A DNA stretch of 35,914 nt from a virus (IMGVR_UViG_3300035675_000020:1-35914); one strand, 5' to 3'. Shown: positions 9,030 to 19,771, counted from the stretch's first letter. Program-made: numbers and translations. Notes: generated by a model not told the origin, from the sequence alone.

Positions 9030-10887
9030 CGGCAAGACTGCTACAAAGCAGCACGATGATTCCTATTATGTACGTATTGTAGACGACTATCTGAAAGAGG
9101 TGAAAGACTTCCGAGCTGTGAATATTGACAAGCAGTGGATGATTAATCAAGCGTACTATCGTGGAGTTCAGGACGTGAAGTTCAATACTACCAGTAAGAC
9201 GTTAGCATGGGGCGATAACGATCCTTTGAAGTACAGTATTAACATGGTCTACACGACTATTCGTGCAGTCAAGACAGCTGTTACGAAGTATCAGCCGCAA
9301 TGGGATGTGGACTCTATACCGTACGGCGAACTATCGGCCGCTAAATCCTCGATACTATCCGGTTACTTATCAGCATTGTTTGAGAAGCTTGCAATGCGAA
9401 GGAAGATTAAAGAGTGGGTACACAACGGGTTGCTGTGTGATTACGGAGTTATTCAGTATGGATACGATCCTACGGCTGATAACGGCGAAGGAGAGTCATG
9501 GGTTGAGGTACTTGATCCGTTTGACACGTATGTTGATCCTATGGCAACTAGTCTTGATGATGCGAAGTATGTGATTAAAGCTATACGCAGAAGACTAGAC
9601 GATGTAAGAGACAACGAGAATTACAGTGAGAATCGTAGTAAAGTCGGAGAGGATAACAAGTTCGCGGAAAGCGAGTTTAAGACACTTTTGCATAACAAGA
9701 TTTACAAGTCGTCTGAGTCTGGAACTGACGAGGGCACGGTGATTGTTTACGAAGCGTGGATACGAGACAAAGACGGAGTAAAAGTCATTACTACGGCGGA
9801 CGGGGAGCTTTTAAGGAATGAAACGACTGACTTTGAACACTTGCCGTTCATACTCTACCATGGGACAAAGAATCCAGGAGAGATTTACGGTGAAAGTTGG
9901 GTCAAGAACGTCATACCTTTGAACCGTGCGCTTAATAGTTTAGAGCGATCTGTGCTCGAGTTTAACTGGATATTCTCAAAGGGTCGATACCTAACGGACA
10001 GTGACGGACAATTGAACGTGATTACTAATGAGAATGGTGCAATCATTAAACACCCGAGAGGAACTACATTAACTCAAATGGATATCAAGCCTATGAGCTC
10101 GACTCCGTTCAATCAGATAGATAACATCATGCGTTACATACAGGACGTGTCAGGCGTTCAGGATGCGTTTTTAGGAAGAGTACCAACAAGTGTGAGTTCT
10201 GGTGTGGCTATTGAGCAATTAGTCGCCAATTCATACACAAACATTCTTGATATCATAGATAATCTTGAAGAGTCGTTGTCAACACTAGGGAAGCGACTGT
10301 TAGAGTTAGGGTATAAGTACAACACAGTAGCCAAGCCATACAAGATATTCGACGGAGATAAGGATCGAGTCATAAGGGTTGTCGGCGCTAACATGGCTGT
10401 TCAGTACGATGTGGAGGACGAGGATGTGATAGAACTCCCACAGGAAGCCAATGTAAAGGTAAGAATCATATCAGGAGCTGCTTACACAAAGAACGCCAAG
10501 CAGGATTTGACACTTGCTTTGAGAGACAGGGGTTTGATTGATGCTAGAAGCGTGCTCGAGGCATTCGAACTGGATGCTGACAAGATACAGGCTAGATTGC
10601 AGGAAGAGGCACAAGGCAAGCCAGTGTCAGAGGGTGGGCAACCTGGTGAAGAAGAGATGCAATTGCCAGACAGAGGCGATACTCAACAGTTGTTAGACTT
10701 TGTAGAAAAGAACGGCTTGATATTTAGTGACGACTTCCAGAAGCCGGGCATGCTCGAGGCGTTAGTGCAGGGTCAAGTGGCATATATCATAAAGGATGGA
10801 ACTATATACCCAGCCGCCCCAGGTGAGGAAGAGGCTCGGGTCATTAATGCCAACACGGCTGCTACGGAAAGCAACTTCGCAGTTTAG
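9016..10887 (+). CDS. Portal protein (P22-like podoviral type)
   Basis: 623 aa after terL; WVEVLDPFDTYVDPMA, YGESWVKNVIPLNRALN and SGVAIEQL motifs. Confidence 0.88.
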   Translation: MAKNDGKTATKQHDDSYYVRIVDDYLKEVKDFRAVNIDKQWMINQAYYRGVQDVKFNTTSKTLAWGDNDPLKYSINMVYTTIRAVKTAVTKYQPQWDVDSIPYGELSAAKSSILSGYLSALFEKLAMRRKIKEWVHNGLLCDYGVIQYGYDPTADNGEGESWVEVLDPFDTYVDPMATSLDDAKYVIKAIRRRLDDVRDNENYSENRSKVGEDNKFAESEFKTLLHNKIYKSSESGTDEGTVIVYEAWIRDKDGVKVITTADGELLRNETTDFEHLPFILYHGTKNPGEIYGESWVKNVIPLNRALNSLERSVLEFNWIFSKGRYLTDSDGQLNVITNENGAIIKHPRGTTLTQMDIKPMSSTPFNQIDNIMRYIQDVSGVQDAFLGRVPTSVSSGVAIEQLVANSYTNILDIIDNLEESLSTLGKRLLELGYKYNTVAKPYKIFDGDKDRVIRVVGANMAVQYDVEDEDVIELPQEANVKVRIISGAAYTKNAKQDLTLALRDRGLIDARSVLEAFELDADKIQARLQEEAQGKPVSEGGQPGEEEMQLPDRGDTQQLLDFVEKNGLIFSDDFQKPGMLEALVQGQVAYIIKDGTIYPAAPGEEEARVINANTAATESNFAV

Positions 10888-10979
10888 GGTGCCGTGATAT
10901 GTAAATGTTACGGTATTGACAGAATCATATTCCCATGAGAGATTGAGAGTAATTATTTCGTGACTTAACACGTAAAACT

Positions 10980-11723
10980 ATGGAAGACACAAATGTCGCA
11001 CCCGTTAGTGATAGCGGTGCAGGGGAGACAACCCCTGAAGTAGAATCGACCCCTACAGATCAAACAGACGGAGAAGCTACTCAAACGTCAGAGAAGACGG
11101 AAACCACTGAAGGCAGCGATGAAGTCTCTAAAAAGGATTCCGAGTCTCCAATGATTCCAAAGTGGCGCTTTGACGAAGTCAATAGCAAAGCAAAGGAGTT
11201 AGCGAGATACAAGGAGATTTTTGAGAATATTCAGAATGATCCTAAAGCTCGGGATGCTTTCATGGCTACTCTACCAAAACATATTGCTGAAGAGAATCCA
11301 ACGCTCACAAGGGCGCAAGAGACTCTAGACAAAATGGGGTACATTAAACGTGACAACGTTGTATCATTGGTGCAGGAAATTCTTTCGCGTGATCGAGTTA
11401 TGCGAGAGATAGACCAACAAGCCGAAAAACTTGCAAAAGAGTGGGACGGCAAGGAGGGTAAGCCAAAGTTCGATATGCAAGAGGTTGCTGAATACATGAA
11501 TCGTACAGGTATACTTGATCCAGAGAGCGCGTTTGAACAGCTTCACAGGGACACTTTAGCAGACTATCGTGTACGCAGGAAGATGGGCACGCCCTACACG
11601 GAAAAGCCCGGTACGCCAATACGGCAAAGCTCTAACAATCGAGCAGCGAAACTCGAAGAAGCTAAAAAGACTGGCAATTGGAAGGATTTACTATTAGACG
11701 TACTTCCGTACAATCATCAGTAG
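10980..11723 (+). CDS. Capsid scaffolding protein
   Basis: Acidic disordered N-terminus, IPKWRFDEVN, helical; lies between portal and capsid. Confidence 0.75.
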   Translation: MEDTNVAPVSDSGAGETTPEVESTPTDQTDGEATQTSEKTETTEGSDEVSKKDSESPMIPKWRFDEVNSKAKELARYKEIFENIQNDPKARDAFMATLPKHIAEENPTLTRAQETLDKMGYIKRDNVVSLVQEILSRDRVMREIDQQAEKLAKEWDGKEGKPKFDMQEVAEYMNRTGILDPESAFEQLHRDTLADYRVRRKMGTPYTEKPGTPIRQSSNNRAAKLEEAKKTGNWKDLLLDVLPYNHQ

Positions 11724-11755
11724 ATTAGCGAGAGCTAAATTGATATTTTAACAAC

Positions 11756-12646
11756 ATGGCAAACACAGGAACGTTGACGTACAATCAGAACGGCAATCGT
11801 GAAGATTTGAGTGATATAATCACAAACATTACGCCAACAGAAACCCCGATGTTTAGTTCGTTTGCGAAGTCAACAGCAAAGGCTAGCTATCACGAGTGGA
11901 TGATAGAAGAGCTGGCGTCTGCGACAACCAACGCACAACTTGAGGGTGCAGATTATTCTTTTTCAGCATCAACAGCAAGAACAAGGACTGGTAACTATAC
12001 TCAGATCTTGAGCAAATCATGGGATATATCAAATACCCAGGAAGCAGTTGATAAGGCTGGTATTACAAGTGAGTACGTTCGCAGATTGGAGAACAGCATG
12101 AAGGAGATTGCTCGTGATGCTGAATACGCACTTGTTAACGGTACAGGTAACGCAGGTGCTTCCGGCACAGCACGCTCCTTAAAGGGCGTTCTTGCATGGA
12201 TCACAACGACCAATGTTACAGGTTCTGCAACCGGTACACAGCAACTTACGGAACTTTTGTACAACGATGCAATGCAACTTATTGCCGAACAGGGCGGAAG
12301 TCCTGACAAGGTATTCTGCAATGGCTGGCAGAAGAGAAAAATCTCTGCAATGACAGCAAATGCAACAAGAAACCTTGCGGCTGGCGACAAGAAGCTTGTA
12401 AGTTCAGTCGATGTATACGAAGGAGATTTCGGAATGCAGGCTATCAAGTATGATAGATTCATGCCAACCGATAAGATCGCGTTACTCGAGACTAGTAAAT
12501 GGGCACTTGCTTGGTTACGTCCATTCAAGAGTGAGGAAGTCGCAAAGATTTCAGACTCTAAGAGAGGCGTGATTGTTGGAGAGTTTACTCTGACAAGCTA
12601 CAACCAGAAAGCGTCTGGAAAGGTTACTGAATTGACTACATCTTAA
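11756..12646 (+). CDS. Major capsid protein (SU10/DUF5309-like HK97 fold)
   Basis: NREDLSDIITNITPTETP, HEW..E.L, EGAD, GNYTQI, VDVYEGDFG and LRP. Confidence 0.92.
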   Translation: MANTGTLTYNQNGNREDLSDIITNITPTETPMFSSFAKSTAKASYHEWMIEELASATTNAQLEGADYSFSASTARTRTGNYTQILSKSWDISNTQEAVDKAGITSEYVRRLENSMKEIARDAEYALVNGTGNAGASGTARSLKGVLAWITTTNVTGSATGTQQLTELLYNDAMQLIAEQGGSPDKVFCNGWQKRKISAMTANATRNLAAGDKKLVSSVDVYEGDFGMQAIKYDRFMPTDKIALLETSKWALAWLRPFKSEEVAKISDSKRGVIVGEFTLTSYNQKASGKVTELTTS

Positions 12647-12662
12647 TAGTTAATTTGTAAGT

Positions 12663-12701
12663 GGGGTGCGGTGCAATGTACAAGTGTTGTGCCGCACTTT
12701 T
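12663..12701 (+). terminator. Intrinsic terminator-like hairpin after the capsid gene
   Basis: ggggtgcggtgcaatg pairs with tgttgtgccgcacttt (several G-U), ending in a short T run. Confidence 0.6.
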
Positions 12702-12706
12702 CATAT

Positions 12707-13018
12707 ATGGATTATGAAGAAATACACAGTGACGCAGTAGATTTAATTACGTCAAGCATAAGCAAGCGTAAATTAGCAGCTCTTCACAGGGCATATAACG
12801 ACGAGGATTTGCTTCGACATGCAAACGAGGTTAGGAAGGAATTTACGACCACCAAGGGATTCTCAAAAGATAGGAACATGCGGTGGGTTGGCACTGTCCC
12901 GACTGAAGTTTATGATAAGGCTTGTGAATTATACGGTGAGCAGGTCTTATTGCGTGACAAGAAGCTACTCAAGAAGTTGTTTGCCCCGTGGATACTTGTT
13001 AATAAGGAAGGATTATGA
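12707..13018 (+). CDS. Hypothetical protein
   Basis: ATG 12707 after the terminator is preferred to GTG 12671; ATGA overlap with the next gene. Confidence 0.7.
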   Translation: MDYEEIHSDAVDLITSSISKRKLAALHRAYNDEDLLRHANEVRKEFTTTKGFSKDRNMRWVGTVPTEVYDKACELYGEQVLLRDKKLLKKLFAPWILVNKEGL

Positions 13019-14193
13019 CCCAAATTATAAACCCCTATGACGGTAAAGACATAGAACCGTCTTTCAAGAGTGATAAGTTTAAGATACTGGCTCTACCCAC
13101 CGACGAGGGCGGTTGCGGATGGTACCGAGTGAGACAGAACATACTAGAGATAAAGAGACAGGATTTAGCAGACGTGCGCATAATGGAATCCACGGCCGAC
13201 GAGAAGGTCATGGTCGACCTTGTGCAAGGCGCGGATATAGTACTTGCTAGACACAACTCCTCGAAGATGTTGAGGGCTATACTGTCTGCAAACCCCACAA
13301 AGAGCGTTATTTTCGACGAAGACGACAATGTAAGCAAGATTTTGCCAAGTAATGAAGGGTATTTACATCTTGGAACCAAGGATGTTGTGGCGCCCACCAG
13401 CAAGGGCGAAGTGCCACTGTGGGTAACTGGTATAACTCCTGGATTCAATAAGTACGCTAACCTGTGGCACTTGAAAGAGATTGAGTACTGCTTGCAGGCT
13501 TGCGACGCTATTACGACCACAACGCCGTACATTGCGGAATACTTCAGAAGGTTCAATAGTGATGTGTTTGTGGTGCCTAATTATATTGATTTCAGGCTGT
13601 ATCCCAACGTCGAAGTGCATGATTTGGATAAGAAACTGGAGTTGAGAATAGGTTGGAGTGGTGGCGTGAGCCATATGAGCGACATTCAGGGGTCGGTGAA
13701 CGCAGTCAAGAAGTACATGGACAAGCATGATAACACTGTTTATTACACAGTAGGGTCCAACTACCCCGCATTGTTTAAGGGATACGAGGATAGAGTAAGA
13801 TTTATTGAGTGGGTATCCTTTGAAGCCCATCCTTATAGAATGAAGACGTTAGATTTAGACATTGCGGTCATACCGTTAGAAGACCAGGAGTTTAACGATT
13901 ACAAGAGCGAAGTGAAGTTCTCTGAGTTTGCGGCTTTGGGAGTGCCCATGATTGTGCGAAATAGGCTTCCATACAGTCTATACGCTCAAGACGGCGTGAA
14001 TTGCTATACGTTTTCAGATGAAGACGAACTGTTGAACAAGTTGGAAATACTCGCTTTGGACAATCGCAAGCGCAAGAAGATCATTAGGAATGCCTATGAG
14101 TGGGTACGCGACACAAGAGACGTCGCGAAAGGCGCTAAGGATATAGTTGAGTTGTACAAGGGGATTTCAGATGGATCAAAGCTTGTTGGATAG
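13015..14193 (+). CDS. GT-B (GT4-like) glycosyltransferase
   Basis: GCGWYRV, FDEDDN, VVPNYID, RIGWSGG.SH and DIAVIPL...FN.YKS.VKFSEFAALGVP. Confidence 0.88.
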   Translation: MTQIINPYDGKDIEPSFKSDKFKILALPTDEGGCGWYRVRQNILEIKRQDLADVRIMESTADEKVMVDLVQGADIVLARHNSSKMLRAILSANPTKSVIFDEDDNVSKILPSNEGYLHLGTKDVVAPTSKGEVPLWVTGITPGFNKYANLWHLKEIEYCLQACDAITTTTPYIAEYFRRFNSDVFVVPNYIDFRLYPNVEVHDLDKKLELRIGWSGGVSHMSDIQGSVNAVKKYMDKHDNTVYYTVGSNYPALFKGYEDRVRFIEWVSFEAHPYRMKTLDLDIAVIPLEDQEFNDYKSEVKFSEFAALGVPMIVRNRLPYSLYAQDGVNCYTFSDEDELLNKLEILALDNRKRKKIIRNAYEWVRDTRDVAKGAKDIVELYKGISDGSKLVG

Positions 14194-14590
14194 ATACAAA
14201 ATACAAGTGTTTAGGATCAAAAAGGCCAACGACACTAACGGAGTGCCGCTAGAAAACGCCTCAAAGCCTCTAAGTGAAACAATGGCGGCTATTAACTTGC
14301 CCAGCGACGAGTCGGACATACCATTTGCTATGCTTGGGGATACTTTAGGGTACGACAAAGAAGACAAATTGACTGGTGAAGAGAAGGGTAAGCTTAATGA
14401 AATATACAGGTATGCGGCTAAGTACGGAGACCCTCAATTTATAGTGCAACGCATACTCAATAAAATGGGCGATGCGCCGCTCGGAGTTAGCTTGTTGAAT
14501 CAGTTATATAAGTATGTTACGCTGAAAGTGCAAATTAAGGATATGATGAACAAGTATGAAGCTGCAAGTGGTGATAACAACGAATACTAA
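14171..14590 (+). CDS. Hypothetical protein
   Basis: ATG at 14171 overlapping the GT stop; helical composition. Confidence 0.7.
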   Translation: MDQSLLDRYKIQVFRIKKANDTNGVPLENASKPLSETMAAINLPSDESDIPFAMLGDTLGYDKEDKLTGEEKGKLNEIYRYAAKYGDPQFIVQRILNKMGDAPLGVSLLNQLYKYVTLKVQIKDMMNKYEAASGDNNEY

Positions 14591-14726
14591 CGACATTTTA
14601 CTCGCATTGCCCCAAGAAATGCTCGAAGAAGCCATAGCTACTGAATGCAATATCCCTATAACCAGAGTTCGCGCCTCTATAAACGCGCTTATTAAGCTTT
14701 TACAGCGGAAGACAACAGCGTTATGA
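14556..14726 (+). CDS. Small hypothetical protein (56 aa, absent from the ORF track)
   Basis: MKLQVVITTNTNDILLALPQEMLEEAIATECNIPITRVRASINALIKLLQRKTTAL*; fills the gap and ends in an ATGA overlap with 14723. Confidence 0.6.
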   Translation: MKLQVVITTNTNDILLALPQEMLEEAIATECNIPITRVRASINALIKLLQRKTTAL

Positions 14727-15163
14727 GCGATCCTATACTATACGTCAATAAAACAATCCGAGACGAGCATGATTACGACGAGCCACGCGCTAAAAGGGTG
14801 CTTGTGTACGGATGGGATGTTAATAATCTGCAAAAGGTTAGATTAGCGGCTAATTCAGACGGCTCGCTCATTATGGATTCCAAGGAAACGACTAACTTTG
14901 AAGGAGCTCCGGTTACTGTGGGTACTTCGGCGATCGCTATTACTTTCGCAGGGACAACACAGGCGATTCATATCAGCAGTGACGATAATAACTCTGGGTA
15001 TATTTACATAGGTAAGAGCAACGTGACCAGCGCGGGTGCTAATGCTATGGAAAAATTAGAACCGGGCGCCAGTATAAGCATAGACTTTAACGATACTACC
15101 AATGCTATTTACGTGGTTAGCAATGCGGCCAACCAACTCATTTATAAACTTGCGCTACTGTGA
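14723..15163 (+). CDS. Virion structural protein (small beta-sandwich, decoration-like)
   Basis: NSGYIYIG...LEPGASISID...IYVVS pattern; located in the structural region. Confidence 0.55.
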   Translation: MSDPILYVNKTIRDEHDYDEPRAKRVLVYGWDVNNLQKVRLAANSDGSLIMDSKETTNFEGAPVTVGTSAIAITFAGTTQAIHISSDDNNSGYIYIGKSNVTSAGANAMEKLEPGASISIDFNDTTNAIYVVSNAANQLIYKLALL

Positions 15164-18100
15164 AGATAAGGAAAGAGCACTCGCCTACATTTAAGAATTT
15201 CATTCGGTACAATACTCTATACACGCCGACTGGGAGCGAAGCAATAGGGACTAGATACTGGAATGCGGTCAAGGGAACAACTTCTTTAGTAACGGCAAGT
15301 GGGTCAATCCTAGATGATGGGCAAGAGGTTAGATACTACGGTAAAGCCAGCGGGAATATTCTTAATGGGCAACTGGTTCAATTTGCAGGTAACCAAGGCG
15401 ATCACGTGCTTTTTAAAGTGGTTGTACCAGCCGAGGTTATAGCAAACCCGAAATTACTAATGGGCGTTGCAACCCATGATATTGCTAACGGAGAGTTTGG
15501 GAATGTATGCGAATTTGGTTATGTAAATGACATACCGACTTATGCTTGGAGCCAAAACGATTTATTATATTTCGACAATGTTACTGGACAATTGACTAAT
15601 GTTGCGCCTGTAGCACCAGAGCGTCTTGTATTAGTCGCGGAAGTAGTGAAGGAAGAGACTGGCAGCTCCTCGAATGGGATTCTTCTTGTGAGGTTAACTT
15701 GGGGATTTAGAATGTCTGAACTCGAAGACGTTGATGGTTATGCTCATAATACTAATGGCCAAGTACTAGTTTTTAATAACAATGATGGAACTTGGAATGC
15801 TGAACATATACTACCAGATTCAAGTCATTATACGGGGTGGGATGACAGTAGAGACAGTATAGCGATATCATTTAACAATGCAGACCGCACCTTAACATTG
15901 ACGGGTTCTATATCGGTGTATATTGATGGGGTCAAATATACCAAGACTAACGATAGCAAGCAGATCGCAGATACAACCGGAATGCATTATTTATATTACA
16001 CTGTGGTGGCCGGGGTACTAACACTTACTGACAGCGTAGGGACTTTCCCGGGATTTGATACCTGTTTAGCGGCGTTTGTTTACTGGAACACGACAATTGA
16101 TAAGGGAATCGCGCAAGCAGAATACCATTGGTTTGGACGCGACCAGTGGACGCACGAATATCTGCACGAGACTATTGGCTCTAGATATGCTTCAGGATTA
16201 GGAGGAACGTTTGCTACAGCTAGTCTATCTATTGGCGAAGGTGAGTTTTATGATGAAGATATTGAGCATGCCATTACTACGCAGACAGACTGTGATATCT
16301 TATACAAGAATGGTTCGGCTAATTGGGAATGGGATGAAAGCCAGACACTCGTTGCCAAAGTGGTATCTAGTAAACTGCAATGGAATAATTCCAACACTTT
16401 AACCGCGGCTAATACCGGCGAATACATTGCATACTGGGTATACGCGACAGCCTCCATCACTAATCCTATTCAAGTGATAATTGGTCAAAGAATTGATACC
16501 AATATTGCTAATGCTAGAGCTAACAACGTACCTAGTTCTTTAACTCTTGGTACTCTACCAGTAGTTGAAAGTAAGTTACTTTTTAGGGTCATTTATCGGC
16601 AAACTGGGACTAGTACCTATGAATACGTAGAAACAGCCGATTATAGAACTGTAAGTAACAGTCCAACTACAAGCTATACGGCAACCGATCATAGTTCATT
16701 ATCTAATCTAGCCTGGCTAACTTCTGGACATAATGGGACAGTGAGCACGCTAGCGGGCTTTGACAGTGTTGGAAGCGCAACTAACTACACAGAGGCCAGC
16801 TACATGCTTGTCGACGGTTCTAGGGCTATCACAGGCGACTTAACCGTGCAAGGTGATTTGATTGTTAATGGAGATCAGATAATCGAGAATGTTGAAGAGT
16901 TACTTGTCGAAGATAATCTAATTGTCGTTAATAATGGAGAGGTTGGTGCGGGGGTAACCGCTGGCTATGCTGGTATATCAGTCGATAGGGGTTCAAGCAA
17001 TGATTACTCATTCTTCTTCAGGGAATCGGACGATCTGTTCAGAGTCGGAGAGACTATCTACGAGAGGAACACGGCTCAAGCAGGTGGCGGAAGCACAACT
17101 ATTAAACTTGCAGCTACTACCGATCACGCGTCTGCTAATTTTTACGATGGAAAAAAGATCATACTTGTGGCTGGCACGAGTGCAGGTGATGTAAGAACAG
17201 TCGCAGTTGGAGGTTGGAATAATACAACTAAGATTTTGACCGTAACAAGCGCGTTTACTGCAACCCCGGACGCTACCACCGAGTACGAGATATTGGTAAC
17301 TGACAATACGCAAGCGGTGGCTACTAGACAGGACACTCCGTTGAGTGCAGGAATTGCCTATTGGAATGATACTGATAAGAGATTTGATACGAGTAGTAAT
17401 GCTACATTGACCAGTGCAGGAGCAATTACTCTCGCAAGTACTATGCAGGCGACAACAGTAAAGTTAACAGATTTAACAGACGGTTATGTACCTTATCATG
17501 TAAGTGATGCAAGTGGACTTGCCAATAGTGTTATTTATCAGTCTAGTTCACTAATTGGAATAGGCACAACAGCACAAACAGAACTACTGCAGGTCGGGGG
17601 ATGTATCGCTACAAGTCAACTCGGGAGTACGGCGAGAATAGGTAGATTCTTTTTAGACAACGTTGGTAATTTCAGTAATTTAGGTACTATTATTTCCCAC
17701 AACCTGCAAATCGATAAAGAGCTAGATTACACATCGACACAGGGCTCATTCATGGCATTCGCGAGTAATGGGGATATTTCCTTGGGTTCAAGTGATACTG
17801 GAGCCGGAGCGAGAACACTTACCACACACATGACGCTTGATGTATCAAGCGGATATTTAGGTATTAATATTGCTTCACCAGAGTCATTACTAGACATTCG
17901 TGGTACTGGGATAGCAGCCGCAACAGCACCTATACTCACATTATCCACTCCTAACGACCAGGCTATTACAACTGGCTCCGAACTGGGACAAATCCAGTGG
18001 AGTTACGACGATAATAGTTCTGGGCGAATTAGACAAGTAGGGGCAAGGATTCATGCATACGCAACAGAAGCTCACGATGGAAGTAATGCTGGTACGGCAA

Positions 18101-19632
18101 TTGGCTTGGGAGTAATTGGCGGGGCTAGTGATACAGTATCGGACGGTATGGTACTGTATTCTACTGCATCGGGAAGTCAAAACTTGGGCGCTGGAATTGT
18201 TATACCTACTGCAAGAATACATTCTTACTCATCTGGTATATTAGCGACACAGGCTACAGGTTCGTTGCGGTCAGAATACCACTGGAATCCTGAAGCGGAA
18301 CCTGCAACGGTATATCCTACAATCCATACTATTATCGGCTATTATGGTTCGGCATATTCGCCAAGCGGTGGTTACATGATTGGCCAATACAATTATTTTT
18401 ATAACGAAGCGAATGCAAGCAATGGAACGATTCCTTATGTGGCTTATGATATTGGATACGATAATCAAACAGCAGCTGGAACTGTAACATCGCTGCGATA
18501 CCTTACACTTCGAAACCCAGTAAACGCAACGGGGGGAACAATTACTCAATATGAAGGTTTATATGTAGTCGATGTCACCAGTGCTAATATCACCACTGCA
18601 AGAGCGCTCGATCTGGCAATTAACCTCGCGAGCGGAAAGACTCGATATAACGTGTACGCGCCTGGAACTGCTTATAATTACTTCAATGGTAACGTTGGAA
18701 TTGGAATTGCTGTTCCCTCAACAGCGCGGTTTCAGATTGAAGGCACGGGAGGCACTGCAGGAACAGAGTTACTTAGAACTTATACAGATACTACCGGAAC
18801 TTTTTCAGCTGTTCAGGTTGGTAAAGCAAGAGGGAACCAGGCATCTCCAACAGCTGCGCAATCCGGCGATACTTTGGGTAGATTTTCGGCTACCGGTTAT
18901 GGAGCAACAGCATGGGGATCGAGTGCTGCTATGATAGATATGATTGCATCTGAAAACTGGACCGATGCTGCACATGGCACTTATGTAACAGTTTCGACCA
19001 CGACTATTGGAGGTTTAACTACAACGGAAAAAATCAGATTCACTGATGCTGGTACTATATTCAATGAAGGCGGTGTTTCTACTTTGAATTTTAGGGTCGA
19101 AGGGGATACTAATTCATACTTATTTTTTGTTGATGCAGGACTAGATATGGTATCCATTGGAACGTCAGCAGTAGCGTCTAGGTTTCACGTTTATGAAAAT
19201 ACAAGCACCACCACTAGTGCCGCTGGATTAAGGATTGAACAGGATGGAGCTGGTGATGCAAGATTGGGATTTGCTCTTACTGGTGGGGCTGAATATTCTT
19301 TTGGGATTGATGCTTCTCAGTCTAGCCAATTAGTTTTGTCGGCTAGTTCGGCCCTTGGGACTACAGACGTGGTTAAGATTAGTTCGACAGGAGCTTTATA
19401 TCTATACTCTTCTTCAGACATAACCTGTAATGCTAAAGTGAAGTTCAATGCCTATACAGAATTTGATGATGAATCTGCACATCCAGCCGATGACCCCTAT
19501 GGCACGGTTCAGTGGTACGTGAAAGGCGGATTGCTAATTGCTAGATTTGACGATGGCGGCACAATCCGTTACAAGTATCTCAATATGGCCGGAACGGGGA
19601 CAACATGGACACATACAACAAGTGCGCCTTAA
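15160..19632 (+). CDS. Large mosaic fibre protein (1490 aa)
   Basis: Thr/Ser/Gly-rich; VEDNLIVVNNGE..AGISVDRG and GNVGIG-type fibre repeats; GTGA overlap with the upstream gene. Confidence 0.8.
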   Translation: MKIRKEHSPTFKNFIRYNTLYTPTGSEAIGTRYWNAVKGTTSLVTASGSILDDGQEVRYYGKASGNILNGQLVQFAGNQGDHVLFKVVVPAEVIANPKLLMGVATHDIANGEFGNVCEFGYVNDIPTYAWSQNDLLYFDNVTGQLTNVAPVAPERLVLVAEVVKEETGSSSNGILLVRLTWGFRMSELEDVDGYAHNTNGQVLVFNNNDGTWNAEHILPDSSHYTGWDDSRDSIAISFNNADRTLTLTGSISVYIDGVKYTKTNDSKQIADTTGMHYLYYTVVAGVLTLTDSVGTFPGFDTCLAAFVYWNTTIDKGIAQAEYHWFGRDQWTHEYLHETIGSRYASGLGGTFATASLSIGEGEFYDEDIEHAITTQTDCDILYKNGSANWEWDESQTLVAKVVSSKLQWNNSNTLTAANTGEYIAYWVYATASITNPIQVIIGQRIDTNIANARANNVPSSLTLGTLPVVESKLLFRVIYRQTGTSTYEYVETADYRTVSNSPTTSYTATDHSSLSNLAWLTSGHNGTVSTLAGFDSVGSATNYTEASYMLVDGSRAITGDLTVQGDLIVNGDQIIENVEELLVEDNLIVVNNGEVGAGVTAGYAGISVDRGSSNDYSFFFRESDDLFRVGETIYERNTAQAGGGSTTIKLAATTDHASANFYDGKKIILVAGTSAGDVRTVAVGGWNNTTKILTVTSAFTATPDATTEYEILVTDNTQAVATRQDTPLSAGIAYWNDTDKRFDTSSNATLTSAGAITLASTMQATTVKLTDLTDGYVPYHVSDASGLANSVIYQSSSLIGIGTTAQTELLQVGGCIATSQLGSTARIGRFFLDNVGNFSNLGTIISHNLQIDKELDYTSTQGSFMAFASNGDISLGSSDTGAGARTLTTHMTLDVSSGYLGINIASPESLLDIRGTGIAAATAPILTLSTPNDQAITTGSELGQIQWSYDDNSSGRIRQVGARIHAYATEAHDGSNAGTAIGLGVIGGASDTVSDGMVLYSTASGSQNLGAGIVIPTARIHSYSSGILATQATGSLRSEYHWNPEAEPATVYPTIHTIIGYYGSAYSPSGGYMIGQYNYFYNEANASNGTIPYVAYDIGYDNQTAAGTVTSLRYLTLRNPVNATGGTITQYEGLYVVDVTSANITTARALDLAINLASGKTRYNVYAPGTAYNYFNGNVGIGIAVPSTARFQIEGTGGTAGTELLRTYTDTTGTFSAVQVGKARGNQASPTAAQSGDTLGRFSATGYGATAWGSSAAMIDMIASENWTDAAHGTYVTVSTTTIGGLTTTEKIRFTDAGTIFNEGGVSTLNFRVEGDTNSYLFFVDAGLDMVSIGTSAVASRFHVYENTSTTTSAAGLRIEQDGAGDARLGFALTGGAEYSFGIDASQSSQLVLSASSALGTTDVVKISSTGALYLYSSSDITCNAKVKFNAYTEFDDESAHPADDPYGTVQWYVKGGLLIARFDDGGTIRYKYLNMAGTGTTWTHTTSAP

Positions 19633-19648
19633 TTCAGAACTTCAACTT

Positions 19649-19771
19649 ATGACAAAGAAAGTTAAACAAAAACGAAAGTATAAGTGTAAAGATTGCAGTA
19701 AGTGCCCATACAAGGGGAACCTGTGGGGCGTGTATTGCTTTTGGTGTAGGAATTTACAGAAGGATAAATAG
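19649..19771 (+). CDS. Small basic Cys-rich protein (40 aa)
   Basis: MTKKVKQKRKYKCKDCSKCPYKGNLWGVYCFWCRNLQKDK*; ATG 17 nt after the fibre stop. Confidence 0.45.
   Translation: MTKKVKQKRKYKCKDCSKCPYKGNLWGVYCFWCRNLQKDK

Noticed and set aside
10916-10944. TTGACA upstream of the scaffold gene (and another at 35281)
   Set aside because: The -10 elements at proper spacing are weak (GAGATT; CAGAAC). They could be activator-dependent promoters, but the sequence alone does not support a call.
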